DNA from: Entomortierella parvispora E1425
Lineage: Eukaryota; Fungi; Mortierellomycota
Direction of reading: 5' to 3'
DNA: 64,000 bases
NCBI GenBank assembly: GCA_020891255.1
Contig: BQFW01000008.1
Span: 930,001 to 994,000 of the forward strand
A program made the position numbers and the translations under genes. The notes under the pieces are model-generated. The model was not told where the DNA came from. It did no database searches and saw only the letters and a program-made list of their open reading frames with translations. Shown one piece after another: positions 1 to 13,592 of this stretch; position 1 is the first letter of the stretch, and the number at the start of each line of letters is the position of its first letter.

Positions 1-1961
1 ACTTGAGTTGCATCACCCCGAACAAGATGGGCCATCTACATTGGAAAGCCATTCAACATTTGCCGTCCATTTCGACCATGACCTCCCCCATTTCCAGACG
101 CGAGGTGGTGTCGCGGTTCTCCACGACACGGACCCAAAGAGCAAAGGGGTCGCTACGACACCAGTTTTGATGTGGGTGGAGGCAATAGAAAAGGTCTTTG
201 ACAAGATGAAGCAGGAGGGATTTCCTTTTGAACGCGTCAAAGCGATATCAGGCGCCGCTCAGGTGAGAAGGATGTTTGAGTTCAATTGGATCGTTTGGTC
301 TTTGGTCTAACAGACGCGCCATTTGGTCATCCTGATTAGCAACATGGGAGTGTCTATTGGTCTAAAGAGGCTATTAATGCATTGCAGTCGATGCATGGAC
401 CTGCTACACAAAACCAGCGGCTGACAGAGATACTCAAGGAAGCCTTTACTGTTGGTCTGTCGCCAATGTGGCAAGACACGAGTACGTCAGCCCAGTGCCA
501 GGAGATTGAGGAGTTCTTGGGCGTCTCGGAGACGGAGAAGAATAGCAGTGGAGCAGATGCTCGACTCTTGGGCCAGCAACGCTTGGCAGAGATGACAGGA
601 TCGAGAGCTCATGAGCGATACACCGCTAGCCAAATCCTCAAGATTCGACAGGCGACCCCTGAAGTTTATCAGGCGACAGAACGCATTTCCCTAGTGAGCT
701 CCTTCGTGGCGTCATTACTCATGGGGAAATTCGCGTCAATTGATGTTGCCGACGGTTCTGGTATGAACTTGCTTAATGTTGACACCAAGACATGGGACCC
801 AAAGTTGACGGCGTTCATTGCACGAGGCGGATCAGGAGTTGTATCCTCAGGGCAGGCGACAAATGAGGATATCTCAAACACCTTAACCAAGAAGCTGGGG
901 CCTGTGGATGCCTCAGGCAAAGCGCTGCAAGGCTATCTTTGTAGCTGGTTCCAGGAACGATATGGGTTTACTTCAGGTAATTATATGATGCTGTTTAATC
1001 ATCGGCACATTGACCACTCTTTAACAGCAGGTATTCTTTTTTTGAATTAGACGTTGGTGTTGTTTCCTTCACGGGTGATAATCCTGCGGCAGTCTTAGCC
1101 CTAAAGGCAGAGCAAGGAGACGCAATTGTCAGTCTGGGGACCAGCGATACCCTACTTTTATACACAGACAACCATGGACAGACCACCGACACCACACACG
1201 TATCGGAGCAGGCTGCAGAAGCAAAGCTTTCACTCGGATATTTGTGCCACCCAGTCGACCCCAATGGGTTCCTAATGCTTTACTGCGCTAAGAATGGATC
1301 ATTGGCTAGGGAACGCGTACGAGACCTCTATGCTGACGGAAAATGGGAGACATTTAACAAGTACCTGACTGAAGCTATGGACCTGCAGACCAGGAGCTGG
1401 TTTCAACAGGATGAGGAATCAAAATTAGGATTTTTCTTTTTTGACCGCGAAATCTGGCCGCCAGTTCAAGGGGTCTATCGGTTTGAAAACGGCGTCCCAG
1501 TCGATGAATTCCACTCAAAACAAAAGGAGGCTGCTGAGGAATCAGATCGTTTGAAGAAGCAAGCAAATGTCCTCTGCATTTGCGAGTCGCAGTTCTTGGC
1601 GATGCGAAGCCGCTCGAGCCAAAGTACGTCGTCATCCACTTCAAACACAGACACTCCATCCCCTTCGGGGATCTCCAGAATTCTAGCTACGGGAGGTGCC
1701 GCGTCAAATCCGGTGCTTCTTCGTCTTCTTTCTAATGTTTTTGGCGTACCCGTGGTGAGGACTGGCGGCGATGGAGATCAAACAGGCGCCGGATCCGCTG
1801 CTTGGGGAGCCGCAAGAAAAGCTTGCCAGTTCGGAAGTGGGACATTCATTCGAGACGAACAAACCTATGGCAACGCTATCCAACCAGACTTGGAACAGAC
1901 TCGACGCTACATCTCCCTTCTTCCGCAGTTCACCGCGCTTGAGCAAAAACTCTTGTCCTGA
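1..1961 (+). CDS. XKS1: Xylulokinase (FGGY carbohydrate kinase), 5' end outside window; introns 263-339 and 977-1050
   Basis: Splicing restores AISGAAQ|QHGSVYW and SD-VGVVSFTGDNP. Also RAHERYTASQI, ERISLVSSFVASLL, GSGMNLL, LCYKNGSL-type LYCAKNGSLARE and ILATGGAASN, all xylulokinase motifs. Stop TGA at 1959-1961. Confidence 0.9.
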
Positions 1962-2419
1962 GCTCTTTTTTTTTTTTTTTTTTTTTTTTGATTTTTTTTT
2001 TTTTGTTATTATTGCCTCCCGCTCCACATCAAACAAATAAAACGAGACGCGTACCAGACGCGTGATGGCACCTGACAGGATGTATTTGTGCATGAACCTA
2101 TCAAGGCTCGGGACGGATGGTTCTGTTGTCGTCGCTTGCGTAGAATGAACGTCAACAATCGATAATTCGCTTTCATTCGTCGGTAGGGAGAAGTGCGGGC
2201 GCACGACAGGCTCGGGCGGGACTCTGAGCACTATGCAGTAGCTCTGTTTCCACAGTTTGACCGTTACACACCCGCTCTCCACCTTGCATGTGCAATCAAT
2301 CCCCGTTGTCAGGAAAGACAGTTCGGCTTTTTTGCTTTCGCTCGTTTGTTTCCCTGCCATCCCATCTCGGCAACCCATTCTAGTTCCCATTGCGAATCTC
2401 ATTCAGCCCATCTGACCCA

Positions 2420-4690
2420 ATGACCATCCCGGAGCTCATTGCCGAACCAAGGACCGCTACCAAGGCCGCTAGCACCGCTGGAACCTCTGCAGTGCCCTCG
2501 GATGTGAAATTCAAGCCAAAGTACCCCACTGAGGCCCATTCTCATCCTTACCTGAAGGGAAACTTTTATCCAGTCTTTGAAGAAACTGTTGGAGATAATG
2601 GTATCGAATGTGAAGTAATTGGTGTCATTCCCGAGTCTCTGCGCGGCTCTCAATACATCCGGACGGGTCCCAACTCTCTTCATATCCCTGAAGGAACGGG
2701 GGCTTTCCATTACTTTGATGGCGATGGTAAGTATTCGAAAGAGCATGGAGAGAATCGACCCCCTGCGCAAGCGTAGTGGTTTTTCTAATAGTCATTTCTT
2801 TTTCTGTTTCTTCAACCATTGCAATCCAGGCATGCACCATGGGGTTTATTTTGATGCGGGTCCTGATCACAATGGTCCCATTCGACCTCGGTATATGAAC
2901 CGATACGCACGAACAGAACTCTTTCACAAGGCCAACAAGCAACAAAAGGAGATGCTGGTCTCATTGAGTTTGTTGTTGATCAACACAAAGTCTTTATTTA
3001 CACGAGTCATGGACATGGCTAAGGTGGGCATGAGGTTGGCGTTCAATGGAGTCGTCAATGTCAGTACGGCCAACACGGCGTTGGCATTTGTGGGCACTCG
3101 CCTGCTGGCACTTCAGGAGGCAGGCGTACCATATGAGACCAGCGTGCCCAGTCTGGACACGGTGGGTGAGTGGTACTTTGAAGAGCCAGGCCAAAAGCGC
3201 TCAAGAAAACTCATCCCAAACTCAGAGTCCTGCACTGCTCATCCCAAGGTAATCAATCCACAATCCAAAAAATTGGTGCAATCGGGTGAGGACTCATGTT
3301 CCACAAAATCGTTGAATGCTAATTCAAAGGTTCATATTCTGGCTCTTGCATGCACTTGTAGTACGACCCCAAAACCGGCGAGACCGTCTTCTTCTCATGG
3401 CGCTTGCTCGGCGCACATATTATTTACAATGTCGTGAATGACGAAGGAAAGCGAGTCGTTTGGGAGCAGTCTATTCCTGGTTTTCCCAGCGCGACCATGG
3501 CGCACGACTTTGCGATTACTGACAACTATACCATGTAAGAAGCCTTTTTTTTTTTCTCGCCATGACCAAAAGGAAAACCGCTGTTATCGTACTGGCTGGC
3601 CGCTAAGTCTCGATGCATTTATACGCGTCATACTTGTAGCATCTTCAAGGTGCCATTCACATTTGAACCTGTCAAGAACACTCGACGAGGAAAGCCCTTC
3701 ATGGCCTTTGATGAGCGAGAGCCTGCAAAGTTCGCAGTCTTCCCCCGCCACTTCAACCCCAAGAAAGGAGACAAAGTGAAGTGGTTCGAGACCCCAGCTT
3801 GCCACATGTTCCACACTGCCAACGCCTGGGAGGAAAAGGACGAGAATGGAAACACCGTCGCGGTGTGCTTTACGGCCTGTCGATCCGAGCGGTTTGTGGC
3901 AGATCTAACTCTTTGGTCTCCTGGTGAGGATGGCTACAGCGGTGGTAAAACCACGGAGGAATACAACACTCAGTACGTCGCCCCCGGCTCTGGTGATTAC
4001 GCTCATCAGGACCCTGATGCAACGTACCTCAGCGTGTTCAGATTGGATTTCAAGACCATGGAGACCCAGGTAACGACCTTGTCGACGATGGCGACAGAGT
4101 TCCCCATTATCAACTTTGATTGGTACATGCGCCCCGAGCTGCGTTACGTCTATGGTGCCAAGGTAACTCCTTCTGCACCAGGTCAGGGAGCTAGAAGCAA
4201 TGGAGTCGTCAAGATGGATACAAGGGCCGTTATGGAGAGGAAGCGACAACTTCTTGAGCAGGGGGTCGAACTCAAGAACGTGGGCGGCCATGGCAAGTGG
4301 GAGCTTGGAGCTGAAGCTTTGAAGGAGGTGGAGGACGAATTTACCCAGGTTCACATGTTTGGAGGGGCATACCATGGAAATGAGGCTCTTTTTGTGCGTA
4401 GCAAACCTCGTGCAGACGGAAAGCCCTTGGAGGAAGACGAGGGCCATGTTCTCGTGTATGTGTATGATGAGAGCCAGCTGGAGAACGGATTGGTGGCCCA
4501 TCCTGACAGACAGGTTACGGAGCTGTGGATCTTTGATGCCAAAAAGATGTCACAAGCGGACGAACCAGTTGCCAAGGTCAAGATCCCCCGTCGGGTCCCC
4601 TATGGGTTCCATGGCCTTTTGGTCACGAAGGAGCAGATCCAAAAGAGTCAAGAAGCGCACGCTGCACGCACCAGCAAGGCCAAGAAGTGA
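2420..4690 (+). CDS. Carotenoid/stilbene cleavage oxygenase (RPE65/CCD family), multi-exon
   Basis: Motifs LKGNFYPV, YIRTGPN, HYFDGD|GMHHGVYF, TANTA, LLALQEAGVPY. The four iron-ligand His contexts are present after splicing: TAHPK, MAHDFAIT, MFHTANAWEE, PYGFHG. ATG 2420; GT-AG introns near 2728, 3249 and 3534. Confidence 0.9.
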
Positions 4691-4868
4691 AGTTCAAACC
4701 CTTAACGAAACTACGAAAATTTCGCAGTCATAAAGTAAACAGAATTTTTCAAAAAAAAAAAAAGAAAAAAATCCTGGACTGCAACAACATTGACAGGCAG
4801 GGCATCAGCATCAATTGTCTCCATTCATTCATTCATTCCATCCCATCCACTCTTACACCTACATCATA

Positions 4869-6204
4869 ATGTCTGATTCCGACAGCGAACACGAGCAGCA
4901 ACTTACCCTTGAGGACCTCGAGGGCTCTGATACCGAGATGCTCTCCGGCGACGAGGACGGTCCCGTTGATATCTTCACCAAGCAGAAGGTCACCGTCAAC
5001 AACGAGGTACTTTGTCCCCCTTGTCCTTCTCTGTTTGCAAGGACACCACACAGCACGACCTTTTACTTTCACTGGCTGCTATCGGTACCCCACTGACGGT
5101 TGTTCGTCAGTAGCGTATACGACTTGGGAACTCTCATGGACCTGGAAGAGCCGACGTTATCCACTGAAACTTTGCCCTCTTTTTCGCATCCCTCTTTTAC
5201 TTACTCTCCATCTCTCTCACTCTATAATGAACTTAGCCTGCCTTGAGACGTCTCTGCGAACAAATTGCTCTCCCCACCGATATCCCCTGGTCCGAGACCC
5301 AGTCCATCACCTCATCTGTACCCGTCCATGTGGTCGATCCCGATGATGATTTGAACCGTGAGGTCGCTTTCTATAACCAGGCCTTGGAGGCCGCAGTACA
5401 GGGACGGGACAGGATAAAGAAGGAGGGAGGTGTCTTTGAGAGACCTGGAGATTATTTCGCCGAGATGATCAAGACGGACGACCATATGGCCAAGATCCGT
5501 CAAAAGTTGTTGGATGAGAATGCTTCGATCCAGGCCAGCGAAAGGGCCAAGGCTCAAAGAGAGTTGAAGAAGTTTGGAAAGAAGGTCCAGACCGAGAAGA
5601 GACTCGAGAGAGAGAAGGCCAAGGCGGATGCTTTGGACAAGATTCAGACACTCAAGAAGAGTACGTATTCATCGGAACACTTGGATTTTCACGCCCGCCT
5701 CACAAAAAATGTTTTGAAAAAAGGAAAGGAAAAAAGAGTCCTTGATATCATGGTTCAGACCGACTAACTTTTTTTTTTTTTTTGTGTGAACACCATTGTC
5801 ATTCTTTCCAATGAATAGAGCGCCAGGGCGGTGATAGCACAGGAAACGCTGATGACGAGTTTGATGTGGCTTTGGCCAGTGATGATGATGAGATGAAGGC
5901 CTACAAGACTGCAGGCAAGGGAGGCAAGAACCAGAACGGCAAGCGGCCAGCAGGATCTTCCTCTACGACAGAATCCAGAGGCAAGCGCATGAAGAAGGAT
6001 CAAAAGTTTGGATTTGGAGGCAAGAAGAGATTCGGAAAGAGCAACGACGCCAACAGTTCTGCTGATGTCTCGGGATTCAATGTCAAGCGTAACAAGTCAA
6101 CATCTTTCAAGGCTGGACACAAGGCATCCAAGGGTGCCGCCAAGGGTGGTGCCAAGCAGCGCCCCGGAAAGGGTCGTCGTCAGAACGGTGCTGGACGCAA
6201 GTAA
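4869..6204 (+). CDS. EBP2: rRNA-processing protein EBP2 (60S biogenesis), 3 exons
   Basis: PWSETQSIT, DDDLNREVAFYNQALEAA, RPGDYFAEMIKTDDHMAKIRQKL, RELKKFGKKVQ and the C-terminal KFGFGGKKR...KSN and QRPGKGRR signatures of Ebp2. Confidence 0.92.
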
Positions 6205-6355
6205 ACAAATCCCATATACTCGGTCCCAGCACACTCCTCCCCATCAACATTCATTTGCATTCGATACACTGGGACAAATAAACCCAACCTCGCATCATAT
6301 TATTATTTGAATATTTTCGATATATTTTATTTTTATTGAGATCCGATTGCCATGT

Positions 6356-9176
6356 CTATGAAGTGCTTAAATCTTCCAATCGGCTTGCAATCGAGTCGGT
6401 CGTGATATTGGTCAAAATGGCAGGAGACACTACAAGAGAGCTGGAAGAAAGCGGGGATGCCATGGTTGAACGGCTAATGATAGGATCCGGAGAGTCTACA
6501 AGACGTGACCGAACAATCATAACCTCCCCTGTTGGTCCTATGAGTAGACACTGCGCCAAGTCAGAGCGTACACCAGTGGCCGTAGAGGAGGTCGAACGAC
6601 CAATACTGGGACTTCCTAGGGACCGATCTAAAACCGCAGGTTTGCCGATGGGGCTGGCAAACGTGGTGCAAACCTTCCATCCCAGCCCAACTTGCAATAG
6701 ACCAACGCGCCTTCCTTGTCTAGCAGGATATATCTCCACTGTTCCGCGCTTTGGAGCATAGATCACCAAGTAAAGTAGCAAATGTTTCTTCTCGGTCGAC
6801 TCTGCTCCCTCATTATTAGTGACTGGAGTTTTGCTGCGAACAGTTCTTTCCTCCTGTATCCAACCGCACTTGGCTCCACGGAGCCCCTTCCACATCCGAA
6901 TGATTTCGCACTCTTCCAAGTCCACCAGAAGAACACGACCCAAAGAATCAGTCATTGCCGCCAATTTGGATGGATTGTGATAACACGATCCACGGGGTGG
7001 TGATGGTGCAAGAGAGACATGGCGGATGCATCGCTGAGAGTCACTGAGCCTCAAAACTGTAGGAACTTCAGTGGCTGGGGCTAAAGCTGAAGGGTAGATG
7101 GTGCCATAGGGTCCAGCGGTCCCATCCTGAGTTCCCTGTCCAGAGAGACGCTTTGAATCCGGGCTTGATCTTCCACTGTTAGCGCCTGGAGCAGGTGAAC
7201 CCGGCCTTGATGAGCCAGAGTTGCCCCATATTGATTTAGCAAATCCAAAAACGGCATTGGTGACCCTGGCAGCCATTTGTGTGGCAAGAGAGGTGGCAGA
7301 GAAGAGGGGGCGTCCTGAGCTTGAAGAGGCGTAAAATGCTATCATTGGCTTGGAGCCAACAGAGATAAAGCGTTCCGTTGCCTGAGAGGTATACATTGAA
7401 GAGCTCGACGACGATGAAAATCCATTTGACAGAGTGGGTTTGTGGCGGGCAGGGCCTATAGTATAGCGGTATCAATGTGTAGTCGCCATCAGCAGCACGA
7501 AAAAGGCAGTGTGTTTAGCGAGCCCAATACCCATTCATTCTTACCGCAACTAATAACGTCAACCAACAGGTCCTGGTTCATCAAACTCCACTTCTTATAA
7601 GCAAATGTAGCTGCTTGAACAGATATAGGATCTATCGAGAAGTTCCGTGTCATTAATAAAATGAGACGGCGTAGACGAGTATCATCTTTCATTGTACTTA
7701 CCACCTTGGCGCCCAGAGCCACTTGATAGGCGGAGAACAACCCAAAGGCTTTCGCCTTCAATGCACACCACTTTTCCGTCTTCGTGCAAGATTGTCATCT
7801 CATCCTCATCCTCGCCTGGGATCCTGCCAGCTCCAACTCGAGTCTTAATTGAGACAACGGGGGTATGATGGAGCTGCTGCACCACTACAAGCTGACCAGA
7901 CTAGTTTTCCCCACCAAACAATTATTAATACGCGTAAGTAATTGGGCGGGCTTTTTGACAGAGTCAACGTTCCTAGATAAAAAATCGCCTACCTCATTGA
8001 AAATCCTGATCATTCCAGATTTATAACCTACAACAACATATACTTGACTGGAGAAGAACCAGTTGCGTCAACTATTGTCGTCGAACCAATGCACGCAATT
8101 ACCTTTAAATAATGAATAATTACCTATTGATTGATCTTGGGGCATAGAGCGGTAAGCAGAGAATGGTTGTGATGCCGTCCCTAAATCACATAAAAAAATC
8201 AAAAAAAAAAAATCAAAAAAAAAAAATCAATGACACGCTCTTCCAATCCTGCTCAAACAGTCCGCTACGACAGCATTATGAATCTTACAGAGGACTGTCG
8301 AGACCGGAACCTTGGCCAACCAAAACCCATTCCTCTATGCTTTGTGGTGATCCGTTCCTCTCGTTTTGATTACTGTCCAGCTGAGGAGAGGTCACTCCGG
8401 ACCGTGGCTGTCGCTTCAGTATCGCAAACATCTTCTTGCTGGCGCATGCAATGTAACGACCACTGTCGCAAACAGATATACAAAGGTCCTGTGCCACACT
8501 CAATGAGCTTTCTTCGGAAGCAGGTGTAGTGGTGGTTGTGCTCGCGTTGCTTGAGGCATGGCTCGAGTTACCGCGCAATGAAAGTCCCGCGTTATCGCCA
8601 GTCGATGCACCGCCATCATTGGCGATCAACCCCAATCCTGTTAAAGAATCCTTGGCGGCTCTGGCTGACGGAACCAGTAATGTGTTACCATACTTTGCGC
8701 CTGATGTCGTAGAGGACTGAGCAGCCCGATAACCACGGTTGTTGTTCCCAGAGGAGGTTGATGTTTGTTCTCCGTCCGACCACTCCCACTCATCGTCAGG
8801 GACGTTCCAGGATCGACCTCCTTCATTGTCCTTGGTGTCCTCTGAGCGTGTGTTCTGGTCCGAGGCAGCCACGTGCTCCTGAATACTAGGATTAGTCTCA
8901 CGCCTCGTGTCTTCATCCTCGTCGTCTTCAGAGAGGCGATCGTCATGGATCGAGGATTGTCGCTGCATGGCTTCCACTTCCTGTCTGGGGTCTAGTGGCC
9001 GGTTGTCACAAGTTTGTCAGTTTCCAGCGGCTATTTTAAAGAGGTTAAAAAACGGGGCCATGTCATACTGACGTGAAGTATGTACCTGGAACCCTGGGCA
9101 ACGATCCCAACAGAATTGCCAGTACCTCGCGTGGCATGCTGCCATGGGGCACTAATTCCCATCGATGATGCGACAT
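6356..9176 (-). CDS. RAB3GAP2: Rab3 GTPase-activating protein non-catalytic subunit-like (RAB3GAP2 N-terminal domain), multi-exon
   Basis: LAAMTDSLGRVLLVDLEECEIIRMWKGLRGAKCGWIQ and LVIYAPKRGTVEIY...QGRRVG match RAB3GAP2_N. A first exon MSHHRWELVPHG...RVP (ATG 9176) splices in frame to DPRQEVEAMQR. Confidence 0.8.
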
Positions 9177-9398
9177 GGGTGGCCCTTTCTTCGCGTTTGA
9201 GTGTTGGGGTTGCGCTCCTGCTATGTGTTGAGTCCAGTGCGCGCAAGCGTGCTTGAGAAGGGGATGGGCGTATTGATGAATGGAACCTGAAGGAGCAGCA
9301 TTCCTTTTTCTGACCCCTTCCTCTCCCTGTCCACTTGGCGCACAGTCACAGGTCCACTTTTTTTTTCTTTTTTATTCTTGTAGAACGATAAATGTTCC

Positions 9399-10913
9399 CT
9401 ACACGCTCTGCAGTGTGGCTCTACCACGCTGGACGCGATCTGCTAGAGACATGTTGCTGTAGGCACTCTTCTGGGCAGACTTTAGGAAAGAAGCCTGGCC
9501 ACCCTTGGCAGCAGCCGCTCTCTTGGCCTCATCTTCTGCATCCTGCTTGGCTTCTTCTGCTCTGACCTCGGTCAAGCGCGCTTTCCGTGATTCTTCCTCT
9601 GCGGAAGCGTCGTCTGTCATGGCCTTGAGTCTGCGTGCTCGCTCTTCTGCCAGAGCAGCCTTCCTCTTTTCTTCGTCCTCTGTATTCTCGGCACGAGATC
9701 CTGAATTAAACATGTCTGATGCCACTGGTCTTCGCGGCGGAGTCCTAGGTCGATAGCGCTCTTGCACAGGCGCTCGCTGTCTGGGTGGGGAGCGAGACCT
9801 TGAGTATCTTCTGGAACGCACCGAAGGAGATCTTGATCGACTGTCGCGGCGAGAGCGACCAGAAGAGGAGAAATGTCTGTCCTGAGGCGATCGTGATCGA
9901 CGGTTGCTGTTTGAGCGGGTTGGGGATCTAGCGTCAGATCGAGGACGACCCTCCGTAGACCGACGTTGAACAGGAGAGCGGGAGCGGGAACGCGGGCGGT
10001 ATCTGTCGTCTCTTGTAGATCGACTGCGACTGGGCGATGGTGACCGTGAAGTATGATGACTGCGACTCTGCCGACTCTTTGAATCACGGTCTTCCGTGTG
10101 GCGAGATGACCTGGAAGGAGAAGAGGAATGTCGGCCATTCTTATCCTCGCTCCTGTTTTCGCCATCGCTTTCACTGCCAGTGTCGCGCGAGGATCGGTGC
10201 CTCTTGTGATGACTATGACTGTGTCTATCCGACCTGTTTTTTCGCTTTTCATCCGATTTGTCCTCTTTGCTCTTCTTTGATTTTTTCTCCTTGTGGCTCT
10301 TCTTGTCCTTGCCATCTTTGCTCTCCTTAAGTTGTCGCATCTTTATCGGGTTCTTCATCAAAGCCTCCATGCTAGCCTGTTCCCTCTTCTTGATGGCAAG
10401 CAAAGGGTCCTCTCTAATCTTGGACTGAATGTCCTTGATCGAGTTTGCCTTCTGAGCCTGAGCCATAAATGCGTCCGAGTCCTTACTCAGGGCTTGCAGA
10501 CTGCTGTCTCTTTTGTTGAGGATGTCGTCCACTCTTCTCTTTCCCAACAAGTAGTCCTCCAGGTCCTTTTCATCTCGTGCTCCACCAGTCGGTGCTGCCT
10601 GATACATCCAGTCCAGACGTTCACTCCTCTTTTTGCCTCCTGCTTGCTCCTGAATGCGCTGGAGTTCCTGAATCTGACGCTCCTCCTCGAGTTCCTTCCT
10701 CAACTGCTGCAGTTTCTTGTCTTCGTCCGCAGCCTTGCGCTCCTCCTTCCAGACCTTTTCCTGGTTGCGGAAGGTACCTGGATGCCAGGATTTTTTCAAG
10801 TTCTAGAAAGTGCAAGGAATGAGTTAGTAAGGCTAGTCTGAATTGACCCCTCCTGTCCTCTCTAGCCCGAGAAGTGATGCCAGGTGTCGACTTACGAGAT
10901 CGCCTCCTCCCAT
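9399..10913 (-). CDS. CWC25: Pre-mRNA splicing factor CWC25 with RS-rich tail; intron 10803-10895
   Basis: Exon 1 MGGGDL, then a GTAAGT...CTAG intron, then NLKKSWHP. Also ERLDWMY, EDYLLGKRRVD and KIREDPLLAIKKRE, followed by a long R/S-rich region. Confidence 0.92.
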
Positions 10914-11538
10914 TGTGGTGTTGTTGGTTGTTGGTCAAGAGAGTAAAGAGAGTCAAGAGAGTCAAGAGAGTAATGGAGGTGTGGGCAAGTGACGAAGCTG
11001 AGCAGAGAGTGATTAGGCAAAGAGAAGGGAAGGGACACCGCCAGGCAGGCGAGGCAGAATAAAAGGGACCAATAAAATTATTGTCAAAAAAAAAAAAGGT
11101 GACGTCGACATTTTTTTTTTTTTTTGGTCCAAAAAATCTCTTCTTTTTTTTTCCCTTCTTTTCCTCTCAATCATCCACTCCGCACCCCTTTCATCCCTCC
11201 CTCCCTCCCTCCCTCCCTCCCTCCCTCCGCCTCGCTTTGTTCGAGTTTTGCCAGTCTCTTCTGTCCATCCGCCATCGCTTGCATCTCGACCTAATCACTC
11301 TTCCCTTTCCGTAAGTCCCGCTTCTTTTTCTTTTGCTGCACTGCACTGCACTGCATGCGCCCTTGTCTTTGTTCTGCTGCGGTCACTCTCTTCGTCGCCA
11401 CCAACCTTCCAACGCGCTGGTCCCTGCAAGGAAACACGCGTGAAAAATAACACTTGATTGCCGATCAATCTCAGTTCTACATTCTCATCTCTTTTCCTCT
11501 TTTCTGATTGATTTGATTCCTTCCAACTGCTAGCCAAC

Positions 11539-13592
11539 ATGGACAAAATCCCAGAGCACCGCTCCCAGAACTTCAAGGCCAAGAGCGCCTTCAAGCCTGA
11601 GGAACTCAGACGTAACCGTAACGAGCTTAATGTTGAGCTCCGTAAGCAGAAGCGCGAGGAGAACCTTTCCAAGCGCCGCAACCTCGCCATCGCCGCCGAG
11701 TCGGATGAGTCTGAGGATGAGGGCATCGCCGCTGCGTACCATCAGGTATAGATACCTTGTATTTCACTTTATTCCCAAAGCTGTGTGGCCACACTGAGCT
11801 AGGTCTGGTGGATAATCCACAACACACCGCACCACAACATCGATACCAATAGTTGGATCGTGTGTGGACAGGAAGACGCAGCTTCATGAGAGGATGCCTC
11901 CACTTGATTCAAAATACTGACCCAATGAACTTGCTTTATTGTGCTTTCATTAGTTCCATGAGCAACTCCCTGCGATGATCCAGGGTGTCATGTCCGAGGA
12001 TGTGAACGAGCAGCTTGCGGCCACCGTTAGTTTCCGTAAGCTTCTCTCCAAGGAGCGCAACCCTCCTATTGACGAAGTCATTCGTTGTGGAGTCGTCCCT
12101 CGCTTTGTTGAATTCTTGTCAAACCCTCTTGTCCAGGTACAGCCAGTTGGCACTCTGGCATTCTGTTGATGTCAATGGATAAAGTAGAGTGTATCTAATT
12201 TTTTTTTATATTTGTTTTATCATGCAGTTTGAGGCTGCCTGGGCCTTGACCAACATTGCATCAGGAACCTCGGCTCAGACTCAATATGTCATTGAGGCTG
12301 GTGCCGTCCCTCTTTTCATCGAGTTGATGAGCAGCCCTGTTGCTGAAGTCAAGGAGCAGGTAAGGAGGATGACCTCTTGAGAACATACGGAAATGACCAC
12401 AGTTTCTGACCAAACGAACCATTCTTGATTTTGTAGGCTGTTTGGGCTCTTGGAAACATTGCTGGTGACAGTCCGCGCTGCCGTGACATTGTTCTCCGCG
12501 AAAACGCATTGATGCCCTTGTTGGCCCTCCTTCATGAGAACAACAAGATCACCATGCTTAGAAACGCCACCTGGACCCTGTCAAACTTCTGCCGTGGAAA
12601 GAACCCCCCACCAGACTGGGACTATGTAAGAATCCAATTTGATTGAACTGGTGTCTTCTCTTTTGCTACAGGCCTTTTGACATGCATTTGTACATGTTTG
12701 TTAGATTTCACCTGCCCTCGGTGTCCTTGCCAAGCTCATCTACTCGAGCGACGACGAGATTTTGATTGATGCCTGCTGGGCCATGTCGTATCTGTCTGAT
12801 GGAGTCAACGAGAAGATTCAGGCCGTCATTGAGTCTGGTGTGTGCCGTCGTCTTGTTGAGCTTTTGATGCACAACATGGCATCTGTTCAGACCCCTGCCC
12901 TCCGCTCCGTCGGCAACATTGTTACTGGTGATGACGTTCAGACCCAGGTCATCATCAACTGCGGCGCTCTTCAAGCTTTGTTGGCTCTTCTCTCCAGCCC
13001 CAAGGACAACATCCGCAAGGAGGCATGCTGGACCATCTCCAACATCACTGCAGGAACATGTGTCCAGATCCAGGCTGTCATTGAGGCCAACATTATCCCC
13101 CCTCTGATCAACACTCTTCAGAACGCTGACTTTAAGACTAAGAAGGAGGCTTGCTGGGCTATCTCTAACGCCACTTCAGGAGGATTGAACAAGCCAGAGC
13201 AGATCAAGTACCTCGTCTCTCAGGGCTGCATCAAGCCCCTCTGCGACATTTTGATTTGCATGGACAACAAGATCATCCAGGTTGCTTTGGATGGACTGGA
13301 GAACATCTTGAAGGTCGGAGATCTGGAGAAGGACCAGACCGACGGCGTCAACCAGTTCAGCATCTACATTGAGGAGTGTGGCGGTATGGAAAAGATTCAC
13401 AACTTGCAGGCCCACGACAATGTTGAAATCTACAAGAAGGCATATACCATCATCGACAAGTACTTCTCGGATGAGGATGACGAGGAGAACGAGCTTGCTC
13501 CTGGAGTCGACCAGAGCACTGGAGCATATGCCTTCAACCCTGCAGGCGCACCCCAGGGCGGATTCCACTTTGATCCCAACGCCATGCAATAA
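11539..13592 (+). CDS. SRP1: Importin alpha (karyopherin alpha), multi-exon
   Basis: IBB domain ([28 protein letters not shown]). ARM repeats [72 protein letters not shown]. Confidence 0.97.

Noticed and set aside
3782-3800. GGTTCGAGACCCC, resembling a tRNA T-arm
   Set aside because: It lies in frame within the oxygenase CDS (KWFETPA), with no D-arm or acceptor stem.
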